DNA of 64,000 nucleotides from assembly GCA_002269645.1 (NCBI GenBank), contig NIVC01001488.1:54784-118783 (forward strand), in the 5' to 3' direction. Made by a program: the position numbers and the translations under genes. Position 1 is the first letter of the stretch. The number at the start of each line of letters is the position of its first letter. Source of the DNA: Macrostomum lignano (taxonomy: Eukaryota). The notes under the pieces were generated by a model, which did not search any database, was not told the DNA's origin, and worked only from the letters and a program-made list of their open reading frames with translations. This document shows, in pieces, positions 1 to 13,914 of this stretch.

Positions 1-364
1 TGGGTCGGATTTCTATTGAGCACTTACGGCGGATTTGCCTACCACCTGTCCACTTTGTTCGAAAGATTTATCCAGGCTCCCGTGCTCACGACGATGAAGT
101 TTTCTACACTGTCGTTCCAGTTCCCGGATGTGTAAATCTGTCCAACAAGCACAGTAACGATGAGCATGGCAGTCCAGCAGCTGCCGTCTTACCAAATTTA
201 CGCGCTTGAGAACTTTCCCAATCTAGGAATTGGCACGAAAATCGCTCTGTACAACTTTGAGCTCCTATCTGGGAGGTATGTGGATCCCAGCAAACCCGCT
301 GTTGCATTGGGGAAGGTGCTCCACAGCACAGAAGCCGCAATAATGAGCAAACTTCAGTTTTCGG
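1..364 (+). CDS. DEG/ENaC exon: TM1 and FPxVTxC motif (stop at 133-135)
   Basis: Frame 1 reads WVGFLLSTYGGFAYHLSTLFERFIQAPVLTTMKFSTLSFQFPDV*ICPTS...; donor G|GTAAAT at 364/365. Confidence 0.8.
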
Positions 365-603
365 GTAAATTTTCAGACAGTACTAGCAATCTACGCCCCC
401 CGTTGGGGAGCCAAAGATATGCTATACACGTTTTTTTAATAAGCTACATGTATCCTTGAAATCTTAAAAAATCTCCTGTCAAACCTTGTAAGCCTTGACA
501 TGTCAGTAATTCCCCCCCCCAGCTTTAACATATCAACTTCCCCCCTTGACATCTCAGCAATGCCCCAATAAGCCTTGGAAATCTAAAAATATCTGTCAAC
601 CTT

Positions 604-635
604 CTAACCCTAACCCTAACCCTAACCTAACCCTA
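604..635. repeat. Interstitial (TAACCC)n tract in A1
   Basis: About 5 units. Confidence 0.85.
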
Positions 636-1489
636 AAGCATTGAAATTTCAGTAATTCTCTCTAAGAGTCATTATAGCACTACTACAGCATTATAGCGAT
701 AAGCTTCTTTTATTTTTTACATAACGCTTTTTTTATCAGCGATCCCTCGCCTGAGGAGGCATCAAATAATGTAATAAAAAGTTTTCAATAAACTACATGT
801 AGCTTCTGACTTTAGCCTTGAAATCTCATTTATACCCCCGTGAGCCTTGACATCTCAGCTATTCCCCCCCGTAAGCCTTGACATGTCAGCGATGGCCCCC
901 ATAAACCTTGAAATCTAAAAAATCCACTGTTAACCTTGAAACCCGATAAAATATAACCCTCAACCCACACCTGACCTAAACCTAACTTTAACCCAACCTA
1001 AAGCCTTGAAATCTCAGCAATTCTTCTCCCCTAAGCCTTGACATTTTAGTGATTCCTTTAAGAATCACAGCACTATAACGATTTCCACCAAGCTTTGACA
1101 TCGCGCGTAGCAATTCCCAAATGAATCTTTTAACTTCGACATGACTTGTCTTTTATGTATACATAGTGCTACTTTTATTTTTTACATGACTCTTCTTCTA
1201 TCAGCACCCCCCCCCATGGCGAGCCAACAAAGAATGCAATAAAAAATTGAGTAAAGTACATGAACTTTGAAGTAGCTTCTGACTTTTGCTTTGAGATCCC
1301 AGAAACAACCCCCCCCCCCTCGTAATCTCAGTTATTCTCTGAGAGCCTTTACGTCTCAGTTTTTCTTCCCAGCACAGCATTATAGCTGCATTTCATTTTT
1401 ACATGACATCCTTCACGTCTGACATGACGCTTCTTTTGATTTTTACATTACACTTCTTTTATTCTTCCATGATGCTTCTTAATTTTTTA

Positions 1490-2640
1490 AATGACGCTTT
1501 CATTAGTTTTTAAATGAGGCTTCTATGATTTTTTCATGACGCTTCTATGATTGTTTACATGACGCTTCTATGCTTTTTACATGACGCTTCTATGCTTTTT
1601 ACATGACGCTTCTATGATTATTTCATGACGCTTCTGTGATTGTTTACATGACGCTTCTATGATTTTTACATGACGCTTCTATGATTTTTATATGACGATT
1701 CTATGATTTTTACATGACGCTTCTATGATTTATACATGACGCTTCCATGATTTTTTACATGACGCTTCTATGTTTTTTACATGACGCTTCTATGATTTTT
1801 TCATGACGCTTCTACGATTTCTGCAGGACGCTTCTATGATTTTTTACATGACGCTTCTATGCTTTTTACATGACGCTTCTATGATTTTTTCATGACGCTC
1901 CTATGTTTTTTTCATGACGCTTCTATGATTTTTACATGACGCTACTATGATTTTTACATGACGCTTCCATGACTTTTTACATGACGCTTCTATGCTTTTT
2001 ACATGACGCTTCTATGATTTTTTACATGACGCTTCTATGCTTTTTACATGACGCTTCCATGATTTTTTACATGACGCTTCCATGATTTTTTCATGACGCT
2101 TCTATGATTTTTACATGACGCTTCCATGATTTTTTACATGACACTTCTATGATTTTTTGCATGACGCTTCTATGATTTTTTACATGACGCTTCTATGATT
2201 GTTTACATGACGCTTCTATGATTTTTTACATGACGCTTCTATGATATTTTCATGACGCTTCTATGATTGTTTACATGACGCTTCTATGATTTTTTACATG
2301 ACGCTTCTATGATTGTTTATATGACGCTTCTATGATTTTTTAAATGACGCTTCTACGATTTTTTACATGACGCTTTTATGATGTTTTAGATGACGCTTCT
2401 ATGATTTTTTACATGACGCTTCTATGATTTTTTACATGACGCTTCTATGATTGTTTACACGATGCTTCTATGATTTTTTACATGACGCTTCTATGATTTT
2501 TACATGACGCTTCTATGATTGTTTACATGACGCTTCCATGATTTTTTACATGACGCTTCTATGATTTTTTTTCATGACGCTTCCATGATTTTTTACATGA
2601 CGCTTCTATGATTTTTTACATGACGCTTCTATGATTTTTT
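1490..2640. repeat. 22-23 bp minisatellite ACATGACGCTTCTATGATTTTTT (A1)
   Basis: Direct tandem array; bounds approximate. Confidence 0.95.
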
Positions 2641-3006
2641 AGTTTTCTTCTTGGTGTTAAAAAGCTTTAATTAAAAAAATTCCACTCTCTAAAAATTCGA
2701 ACCATCGTCCCTGCATTTAGCAGTCAGTCTGTTTACCTCTAGGCTAGCTCTCATCGTTTTGATAATATGAATTTTAGCACTTACTAGCAATCTACGCCCC
2801 CCCGTTGGGGAGCCAAAGAAATGCAATTCACGTTTTTTAATAAGTTACATGTATCCTTGAAATCTTAAAAAATCTCCTATCAAACCTTGTAAGCCTTGAC
2901 ATGTCAGTAATTCCCCCCACAAGCTTTAACATATCAACTTCCCCCCCTTGACATCTCAGCCATGCCCCCAATAAGCCTTGGAAATCTAAAAATATCTGTC
3001 AACCTT

Positions 3007-3061
3007 CTAACCCTAACCCTAGCCTAACCCCAACCCTAACCCTAACCCTAACCTAACCCTA
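3007..3061. repeat. Interstitial (TAACCC)n tract in A2
   Basis: About 9 units, some variant. Confidence 0.85.
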
Positions 3062-3957
3062 AAGCATTGAAATTTCAGTAATTCTCTCTAAGAGTCATTA
3101 TAGCACTACTACAGCATTATAGCGATTCCCTGCAAGCCTCGACATCGTAGGGATTCCCAAATGAATATCTTAACTTCGACATGAAGCTTCTTTTATTTTT
3201 TACATTACGCTTTTTTAATCAGCGATCCCTCCCCTGAGGAGGCATCAAATAATGTAATAAAAAGTTTTCAATAAACTACATGTAGCTTCTGACTTTAGCC
3301 TTGAAATCTCATTTATACCCCCGTGAGCCTTGACATCTCAGCTATTCCCCCCGTAAGCCTTAACATGTCAGCGATGGCACCCATAAACCTTGAAATCTGA
3401 AAAATCCCCTGCTAACCTTGAAACTCGATAAAATATAACCCTCAACCCACACCTGACCTAAACCTAACTTTAACCCAACCTAAAGCCTTGAAATCTCAGC
3501 AATTCTTCTCCCCTAAGCCTTGACATTTTAGTGATTCCTTTAAGAATCACAGCACTATAACGATTTCCACCTAGCTTTGACATCGTAGCAATTCCCAAAT
3601 GAATCTTTTAACTTCGACATGACTCTTCTTTTATGTATACTTAGTGCTACTTTTATTTTTTACATGACTCTTCTTCTATCAGCGCCTCCCGTGGCGAGCC
3701 AACAAAGAATGCAATAAAAAAATTGAGTAAAGTACATGAACTTTGAATTAGCTTCTGACTTTTGCTTTGACATCTCAGAAACCCCCCCCGTAATCTCAGT
3801 TATTCTCTGAGAGCCTTGACGTCTCAGTAATTCTCCCCAGCACAGCATTATAGCTGCATTTAATTTTTCCATGACACCTTTCATGTCTGACATGACGCTT
3901 CTTTTATTCTACTATGATGCTTCTTAATTTTTTAAATGACACTTTCATTAGTTTTTA

Positions 3958-5112
3958 AATGACGCTTCTATGATTTTTCATGACGCTTCTATGATTTTTA
4001 CATGACGCTTCTATGATTTTTTACATGACGCTTCTATGATTGTTTACATGACGCTTCTATGATTGTTTACATGACGCTTCTATGATTTTTTAAATGACGT
4101 TTTTTGATTTTTATATGACGCCTCCATGATTGTTTACATGACGCTTTAATGATTTTTTCATGACGCTTCTATGATTTTTACATGACGCTTCTATGATTGT
4201 TTACATGACGCTTCTATGATTGTTTATATGACGCTTCTATGATTTTTTAAATGACGCTTCTACGATTTTTTACATGACGCTTTTATGATGTTTTAGATGA
4301 CGCTTCTATGATTTTTTACATGACGCTTCTATGATTTTTTACATGACGCTTCTATGATTGTTTACACGATGCTTCTATGATTTTTTACATGACGCTTCTA
4401 TGATTTTTTACATGACGCTTCTATGATTGTTTACATGACGCTTCTATGATTTTTACATGACGCTTCTATGATTGTTTACATGACGCTTCTATGATTGTTT
4501 ATATGACGCTTCTATGATTTTTACATGACGCTTCTATGATTTTTTACATGACGCTTCTATGATTTTTTACACGATGCTTCTATGATTTTTTACATGACGC
4601 TTCTATGATTTTTTACATGACGCTTGTATGATTTTTTACATGACGCTTCTATAATTATTTCATGACGCTTCTACGATTTCTGCAGGACGCTTCAATGATT
4701 TTTACATGACACCTCTATGATTTTTACATGACGCTTCTATGATTTTTACATGACGCTTCTATGATTTTTTATATGACGCTTCTATGATTGTTTATATGAC
4801 GCTTCTATGATTTTTTACATGACGCTACTATGATTTTTACATTACGCTTCTATGATTGTTTACATGACGCTTCCATGATTGTTTACATGACGCTTCTATG
4901 ATTTTTTACATGACGCTTCTATGATTGTTTACATGACGCCTCTATGATTTTTTACATGACGCTTCTATGATTGTTTACATGACGCTTCTATGATTTTTTA
5001 CATGACACTTCTATGCTTTTTACATGATGCTTCCACGATTTTTTACATGACACTTCCACGATTTTTTACATGACGCTTCTATGATTTTTTACATGACGCT
5101 TTTATGATTTTT
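3958..5112. repeat. 22-23 bp minisatellite (A2)
   Basis: Same unit as in A1; bounds approximate. Confidence 0.95.
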
Positions 5113-5944
5113 TTAGTTTTCTTGGCGTTAAAAAGCTTTAATTAAAAAACTCTACTCTCTAAAAATTCGAACCATCGTTTCTGCATTTAGCAGTTCAGTC
5201 TGTTTACCTCTAGGCTAGCTCTCATCGTTTTGATAACATGAATTCAGCACTTATAATTATAAGTTTCAAAACTCCAAGCATAGAGTAAATCACACGAGGC
5301 AGTTATTACATAATCAATTTCTCAGTCAGTCAGTATCAGTTAACAATATGGTTGCGCAATCTAAATCAAGTCTGGTGCTACGCTTCCACACTGCATTTTC
5401 AATACTGTGACGCAATTCAATTCGGAGTTACAATTCAGTTATGATGTAATCCATTTCAGAATCAGAATTCAACCAGTCAGTTTTTTCTCTAGCATTCTTA
5501 CAATGCATTTCAAGTCGAAAAGTTTGCTTGACCTTTGCAAAAAAGCATGTTTTTCGAATATTTAATCGCTTTAACATGGAGCAATTTCTTAGCCAAGATG
5601 CATGTACCGTCCCAGGAAAATTTCTGATCGAACAGTGCAAGTCTCATGAAAATCGGTCCAGCCATTTTTTCTCTAATCGATTGCGTACAAACAAACAACT
5701 CATTTTTAGTATATAGGACTAGCAATCTACGCCCCCCGTTGGGGAGCCAAAGAAATGCAATACACGTTTTTTTAATAAACTACATGTATCCTTGAAATCT
5801 TAAAAAATCTCCTGTCAAACCTTGTAAGCCTTGACATGTCAGTAATTCCCCCCCCCCACAAGCTTTAACATATCAACTTCCCCCCTTGACATCTCAGCAA
5901 TGCCCCAAATAAGCCTTGGAAATCTAAAAATATCTGTCAACCTT

Positions 5945-6005
5945 CTAACCCTAACCCTAGCCTAACCCTAACCCTAACCCTAACCCTAACCCTAACCTAA
6001 CCCTA
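5945..6005. repeat. Interstitial (TAACCC)n tract in A3
   Basis: About 10 units. Confidence 0.85.
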
Positions 6006-6934
6006 AAGCATTGAAATTTCAGTAATTCTCTCTAAGAGTCATTATAGCACTACTACAGCATTATAGCGATTCCCTGCAAGCCTCGACATCGTAGAGATTC
6101 CCAAATGAATCTCTTAACTTCGACATGAAGCTTATTTTATTTTTTACATTACGCTTTTTTTATCAGCGATCCCTCCCAGAGGAGGCATCAAATAATGTAA
6201 TAAAAAGTTTTCAATAAACTACATGTAGCTTCTGACTTTAGCCTTGAAATCTCATTTATACCCCGTGAACCTTGACATCTCAGATATTCCCCCCGTAAGT
6301 CTTAACATGTCAGCGATGGCCCCATAAACCTTGAAATCTAAAAAATCCCCTGTTATTCTGTTAACCTTGAAATCCGATAAAATATAACCCTCAACCCACA
6401 CCTGACCTAAACCTAACTTTAACCCAACCTAAAGCCTTGAAATCTCAGCAATTCTTCTCCCCTAAGCCTTGACATTTTAGTGATTCCTTCTTTAAGAATC
6501 ACAGCACTATAACGATTTCCCCAAGCTTTGACATCGTAGCAATTCCCAAATGAATCTTTTAACTTCGACATGACTTTTCTTTTATGTATACGTAGTGCTA
6601 CTTTTATTTTTTACATGACTCTTCTTCTATCAGCGCCCCCCCCGTGGCGAGCCAACAAATAATGCAATAAAAAATTGAGTAAAGTACATGACTTTGAATT
6701 AGCTTCTGACTTTTGCTTTGACATCTCAGAACCCCCCCCCCCCCGTAATCTCAGTTATTCTCTGAGAGCCTTTACGTCTCAGTTTTTCTCCCCAGCACAG
6801 CATTATAGCTGCATTTAATTTTTACATGACACCCTTCATGTCTGACATGACGCTTCTTTTATTCTACCATGATGCTTCTTAATTTTTTAAATGACACTTT
6901 CATTAGTTTTTAAATGAGGCTCCTATGATTTTTT

Positions 6935-8170
6935 CATGACGCTTCTATGATTTTTACATGACACTTCTATGATTTTTTATATGACGCTTCTATGATTGTT
7001 TATATGACGCTTCTATGCTTTTTACATGACGCTTCTATGATTTTTACATAACGCTTCCATGATTGTTTACATGACGCTTCTATGATTGTTTACATGACGC
7101 TTCTATGATTTTTTAAATGACGCTTCTATGATTATTTCATGACGCTTCTACGATTTCTGCAGGACGCTTCAATGATTTTTACATGCCGCTTTTATGATTT
7201 TTACATGACGCTTCTATGATTGTTTACATGACGCTTCTATGATTGTTTATACGACGCTTCTATGATTTTTACATGACGCTTCTATGCTTTTTACATGACG
7301 CTTCTATGATTGTTTACATGACGCTTCTATGATTGTTTCATGACGCTTCTATGATTGTTTACATGACGCTTCTATGATTGTTTACATGACGCTTCTATGA
7401 TTGTTTTCATGACGCTTCTATGATTGTTTATACGACGCTTCTATGATTTTTACATGACGCTTCTATGATTTTTACATGACGCTTCTATGATTTTTTACAT
7501 GACGCTTCTATGATTGTTTCATGACGCTTCTATGATTGTTTACATGACGCTTCTATGATTTTTTACATGACGCTTCTATGATTGTTTACATGACGCTTCT
7601 ATGATTGTTTATACGACGCTTCTATGATTTTTACATGACGCTTCTATGCTTTTTACATGACGCTTCTATGATTTTTTACATGACGCTTCTATGATTGTTT
7701 CATGACGCTTCTATGATTTTTTACATGACGCTTATATGATTGTTTACATGACGCTTCTATGATTTTTTACATGACGCTTCTATGATTGTTTACATGACGC
7801 TTCCATGATTTTTTACATGACGCTTCTATGATTGTTTACATGACGCTTCTATGATTGTTTACATGACGCTTCTATGATTGTTTACATGACGCTTCTATGA
7901 TTGTTTACATGACGCTTCTATGATTTTTATATGACGCTTCTATGATTGTTTACATGACGCTTCTATGATTGTTTACATGACGCTTCTATGATTGTTTAAA
8001 TGACGCTTCTATGATTGTTTACATGACGCTTCTATGATTTTTTACATGACGCTTCTATGATTGTTTACATGACGCTTCTATGATTTTTTACATGACGCTT
8101 CTATGATTGTTTACATGACGCTTCTATGATTTTTTACATGACGCTTCTATGATTTTTACATGACGATTCT
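6935..8170. repeat. 22-23 bp minisatellite (A3)
   Basis: Same unit, with the ATTGTTTA variant enriched; bounds approximate. Confidence 0.95.
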
Positions 8171-8929
8171 TTTTAAAAAGTCTTTTAGTTTTCCTGACGT
8201 TGAAAAGCTTTAATTAAAAAATTATACTCTATGAAAATCGAACCATCGTCGCTGCATTTAACAGTTCAGTTTGTTCACCTCTAGGCTAGCTCTCATCGTT
8301 TTGATAACATCAAATTTTGCACTTATATAATTCAACACTTTAAAATCCAAGCATAGAGTAAATCACACGAAGCAGTTATGACATAATCAGTTTCTCAGTC
8401 AGTCAGTATCAGTTAACAATATGGTTACGCAATCTAAATCAAGTCTGGTGCTACGCTTCCACACTGCATTTTCAATTCAAGTCGGAGTTACAATTCAGTT
8501 ATGATGCAATCTATTTCAGAATCAGAATTCAACCAGTCAGTTTTTTCTCTAGCATTCTTACAATGCATTTCAAGTCGAAAAGTTTGCTTGACCTTTGCAA
8601 AAAAGCATGTTTTTCGAATATTTAATGCCTTTAGCATCAAGAAATTTCTTAGCCACGATGCATGTACAGTCACGGGAAAATTTCTGATTGAACAGTGCAA
8701 GTTCGAACAAAATCGGTACAGCCATTTTTTCTCTAATCGATCACATAGACACAGACAGACCATTTTTAGTATATAGGACTAGCAATCTTCGCCCCCCGAT
8801 GGGGGACATCTGGATAGAATCTCTGTTCTCTACAATTAACAAAAAGACAGCCAAAAAATCCTTCACAAAGACAACAGACAAACTGCTCAAATGAAGTGAA
8901 TTGCAATAAGAAATCTTCCCAAGACCACA

Positions 8930-9420
8930 AGCATCCCCCAGATAGCAAGCATCCTCCAGATAGCAAGCATTCTCCCAGATAGCAAGCATTTCCCAGATAG
9001 CAAGCATCCCCAAGATAGCAAGCATCCTCCAGATAGCAAGCATCCCCAGATAGCAAGCATCCCCCAGATAGCAAGCATCCCCCAGATAGCAAACATCCCC
9101 AGATAGCAAGCATTCCCCAGATAGCAAGCATTCCGCAGATAGCAAGCATCCCCAGATAGCAAGCATCCCCAAGATAGCAAGCATCCCTCAGATAGCAAGC
9201 ATACCCCAAGATAGCAAGCATCCCTCAGATAGCAAGCATACCCAGATAGCAAGCATCCCCAGATAGCAAGCATCCCCAGATAGCAAACATCCCCAGATAG
9301 CAAGCATCCCCCAGATAGCAAGCATTCCCCAGATAGCAAGCATTCCCCAGATAGCAAGCATCCCCAGAAAGCAAGCATCCTCCAAATAGCAAGCATCCCC
9401 AAGATAGATAGCATCCCCAA
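8930..9420. repeat. 18-19 bp minisatellite CAGATAGCAAGCATCCCC (B1)
   Basis: Direct tandem array; bounds approximate. Confidence 0.95.
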
Positions 9421-9534
9421 ATAGCAACCATCCACCAGACAATAAGTAGCTAGAGCGACAATTTCCTTAGCTTTATAGTGGCTCCTTTAAATTGGCATGG
9501 CGCTTTATACCTTTACATTTGAAATTGGATATCT

Positions 9535-12500
9535 TGAATGTTTGACATGGTGGCTCTTTTATGTTTGACATAGTGGCTCTTCTATGTTTGACATGGTGGC
9601 TCTTTTATGTTTGACATAGTGGCTCTTTTATGTTCGACATGGTGGCTCTTCTATGTTTGACATGGTGGCTTTTTTAGGTTTGACATGGTGGCTCTTTTAT
9701 GTTTGACATGTTGACTTTTTTATGTTCGACACGGTGGCTTTTTAATGTTCGACATGGTGGCTCTTTTAGGTTTGAACCGGTGGCTCTTTAATGTTTGACA
9801 TGGTGGCTCTTTAATGTTCGACATGGTGGCTCTTTTATGTTCGACATGGTGGCTCTTTAATGTTTGACATGGTGGCCCTTTAATGGTTAACATGGCGGCT
9901 CTTTAATTTTCGAAATGGTGGCTCCTTAATTTTCGAAATGGTGGCTGTTTTATGTTTGACATGGTGGCTCTTTAATGTTCGACATGGTGGCTCTTTAATG
10001 TTTGACATGGTGTCTGTTTTATGTTTGATATGGTGGCTCTTTAATGTTCGACATGGTGGCTCTTTAATGTTTGACATGGTAACTATTTTATGTTTGATAT
10101 GGTGGCTCTTTAATGTTCGACATGGTGGCTCTTTAATGTTCGACATGGTGGCTCTTTAATGTTCGACATGGTGGCTCTTTAATTTTTAACATGGTGACTC
10201 TTTTATGTTCGACATGGTGGCTCTTTTATGTTTGACATAGTGGCTCTTCTATGTTTGACATGGTGGCTCTTTAATGTTTGACATGGTGGCTCTATTATGT
10301 TTGACATGGTGGCTCTTCTATGTTTGACATGGTGGCTTTTTTAGGTTTGACATGGTGGCTCTTTTATGTTTGACATGTTGGCTTTTTAATGTTCGACATG
10401 GTGGCTTTTTAATGTTCGACATGGTGGCTCCTTTAGGTTTGAAATGGTGGCTCTTTAATATTTGACAAGGTGGCTCTTTAATGTTCGACATGGTGGCTCT
10501 TTTAGGTTTGAACCGGTGGCTCTTTAATGTTTGACATGGTGTCTGTTTTATGTTTGACATGGTGGCTCTTTAATGTTCGACATGGTGGCTCTTTAATGTT
10601 CGACATGGTGGCTCTTTAATTTTTAACATGGTGACTCTTTTATGTTCGACATGGTGGCTCCTTAAGGTTTGAAATATTGGCTCTTTAATGTTTAACATGG
10701 TGGCTTTTCTATGTTCGACATGGTGGCTTTTCTATGTTCGACATGGTGGCTCTTGTATGTTCGACATGGTGGCTCTTTTAATGGTCGACATGGTGGCTCT
10801 TTAATGTTCTTCATGTTGGCTCTTTTATGTTTGACATGGTGGCTTTTTTATGTTTGACATGGTGGCTCTTTTATGTTCTACATAGCTGCTCTTTTATGTT
10901 CGACATTGTGGCTCTTGTATGTTCGACAGGGTCGCTCTTTTAGGTTTGAAATGGTGGCTCTTTAATATTTGACAAGGTGGCCCTTTAATGTTTAACATGG
11001 CGGCTCTTAAATTTTCGAAATGGTGGCTGTTTTATATTTGACATGGTGGCTCTTTAATGTTCGACATGGTGGCTCTTTAATGTTCTTAATGGTGTCTGTT
11101 TTATGTTTGACATGGTTGCTCTTTTATGTTCGACATGGTGGCTCTTTAATTTTTAACATGGTAACTCTTTTATGTTTGATATGGTGGCTCTTTTATGTTC
11201 GACATGGTGGCTCTTGTATGTTCGACATGGTGGCTTCTTTAGGTTTGAAATGGTGGCTCTTTAATATTTGACAAGGTGGCTCTTTAATGTTCGACATGGT
11301 GGCTCTTTTAGGTTTGAAATGGTGGCTCTTTAATATTTGACAAGGTGGCTCTTTAATGTTTGACATGGTGGCTCTTTAATGTTCGACATGGTGGCTCTTT
11401 AATGTTTGACATGGTAACTCTTTTATGTTTGATATGGTGGCTCTTTTATGTTCGACATGGTGGCTCTTTAATGTTTGACATGGTGGCTCTTTAATGTTTG
11501 ACATGGTAACTCTTTTATGTTTGATATGGTGGCTCTTTAATGTTCGACATGGTGGCTCTTGTATGTTCGACATGGTGGCTTCTTTAGGTTTGAAATGGTG
11601 GCTCTTTAATATTTGACAAGGTGGCTCTTTAATGTTTGACATGGTGGCTCTTTAATGTTTGACATGGTGGCTCTTTTAGGTTTGAAATGGTGGCTTTTTA
11701 ATGTTTGACAATGTGGCTCTTTAATGTTTGACATGGTGGCTTTTTAATGTTCGACATGGTGGCTCTTTTAGGTTTGAACCGGTGGCTCTTTAATGTTTGA
11801 CATGGTGGCTCTTTAATGTTTGACATGGTGTCTGTTTTATGTTTGACATGGTGGCTCTTTAATGTTCGACATGGTGGCTCTTTTAGGTTTGAACCGGTGG
11901 CTCTTTAATGTTTGACATGGTGGCTCTTTAATGTTTGAAATGGTGGCTCTTTAATGTTCGACATGGTGGCTCTTTAATTTTTAACATGGTGACTCTTTTA
12001 TGTTCGACATGGTGGCTCCTTTAGGTTTGAAATATTGGCTCTTTAATGTTTAACATGGTGGCTTTTCTATGTTCGACATGGTGGCTTTTCTATGTTCGAC
12101 ATGGTGGCTCTTGTATGTTCGACATGGTGGCTCTTTTATGTTCGACATGGTGGCTCTTGTATGTTCGACAGGGTCGCTCTTTTAGGTTTGAAATGGTGGC
12201 TCTTTAATATTTGACAAGGTGGCCCTTTAATGTTTAACATAGCGGCTCTTAAATTTTTGAAATGGTGGCTCCTTAATTTTCGAAATGGTGGCTGTTTTAT
12301 ATTTGACATGGTGGCTCTTTAATGTTCTTAATGGTGTCTGTTTTATGTTTGACATGGTGGCTCTTTAATTTTTAACATGGTGGCTCTTTTAGGTTTGAAA
12401 CGGTGGCTCTTTAATGTTTGACATGGTGACTCTTTAATGTTTGACATGGTGGCTTTTCTATGTTCGACATGGTGGCTCTTGTATGTTCGACATGGTGGCT

Positions 12501-13150
12501 TCTTTAGGTTTGAAATGGTGGCTCTTTAATATTTGACAAGGTGGCTCTTTAATGTTCGACATGGTGGCTCTTTAATGTTTGACATGGTGGCTCTTTTAGG
12601 TTTGAAATGGTGGGTCTTTAATGCTTGACAATGTGGCTCTTTAATGTTTGACATGGTGGCTCTTTAATGTTCGACATGGTGGCTCTTTAATGTTTGACAT
12701 GGTAACTCTTTTATGTTTAATATGGTGGCTCTTTTATGTTCGACATGGTGGCTCTTTAATGTTTGACATGGTGGCTATTGAATGTTTGACATGGTAACTA
12801 TTTTAGGTTTGAAATGGTGGGTCTTTAATGCTTGACAATGTGGCTCTTTAATGTTTGACATGGTAACTCTTTTATGTTTGATATGGTGGCTCTTTTATGT
12901 TCGACATGGTGGCTCTTTAATTTTCGACATGGTGGCTCCTTTAGGTTTGAAATGGTGGCTCTTTAATGTTTGACATGGTGGCTCTTCTATGTTCGACATG
13001 GTGGCTCTTTAATGTTCGACATGGTGGCTCTTTAATTTTTAACATGGTAACTCTTTTATGTTCGATATGGTGGCTCTTTTATGTTCGACATGGTGGTTCT
13101 TTAATGTTCGACATGGTGGCTCCTTTAGGTTTGACATGGTGGCTCTTCTA
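9535..13150. repeat. 23 bp minisatellite ACATGGTGGCTCTTTAATGTTTG (B1)
   Basis: Tandem array of ~3.6 kb; bounds approximate. Confidence 0.95.
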
Positions 13151-13914
13151 TTGCGCTTTTTTTATGTTTAGCAGTTTTTTAGTTTTTAAGGTGTTTTAAT
13201 AAAAAAATTATTTTGCGCTTCTAAGACTCGAACCCAGGTCGCTACATTAGCATTCCAGTCTGTTCGCATCAGGGCTATCTCTTTTCAATTGGAGAACATG
13301 AATTGTGGCCCTTATAATTCAATTCTTACAGCAAGTCAATTGGAGTAAAAAGTTATGACATAATCAATTTCTCAGTCAGCCAGTATCAGTCTCACTTCGA
13401 GTTAGCAATATGGTTACGCAATTTCAATCAAGTCGTGTGTGCATTTCTTCGGCACTGTTTTCAACTTGTTGTGATGCAATCTTTATCAGAATTGAAATTC
13501 AGTCAGTCAGTTTTTTCTCTAGCATTCTTACAATGCATTTCAAGTCGAAAATTTTGCTTGACCTTTGCAAAAAAGCGTGTTTTTCGAATATTTAATCCCT
13601 TTAACATTGAGCAATTTCTTAGCCAAGATGCATGTACTGTGCCAGGAAAATTTCTGATCGAATGATGCAAGTTTGAAGAAAATCGGTTGAGCCGTTTTTT
13701 CTGAAATCAATCGCATACCCATATACATACATACATACAGACAACTCATTTTTAGTATATAGGACTAGCAATCTTCGCCCCCCGATGGGGGGCATCTAGA
13801 TAGAATCTCTGGCACTCTACAAGTATCAAAAAGACGGCCAAATAAAGCCTTCACATAGACAATAGAAAAACTGCTCAAATGAAGTGCAATGCAAAAAAAT
13901 ATCCCAGGACAGCA

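Larger units (their letters stand above)
383..2783 (-). mobile_element. Helitron subfamily A, host copy A1, 3' part
   Basis: CTAG at 383-386 with hairpin. Ends abruptly at ...GCACTTA (2783), where the next CTAG begins. Confidence 0.8.
2784..5718 (-). mobile_element. Helitron A2 (complete, ~2.9 kb)
   Basis: CTAG at 2784, ends ...TAGTATATAGGA at 5718; colinear with A1 and A3. Confidence 0.85.
5719..8778 (-). mobile_element. Helitron A3 (complete, ~3.1 kb)
   Basis: CTAG at 5719, ends TATATAGGA at 8778. Confidence 0.85.
8779..13764 (-). mobile_element. Helitron subfamily B, copy B1 (~5.0 kb)
   Basis: Same termini and shared ~450-bp 5'-terminal region as subfamily A, but a different interior with two minisatellites. 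Confidence 0.85.
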
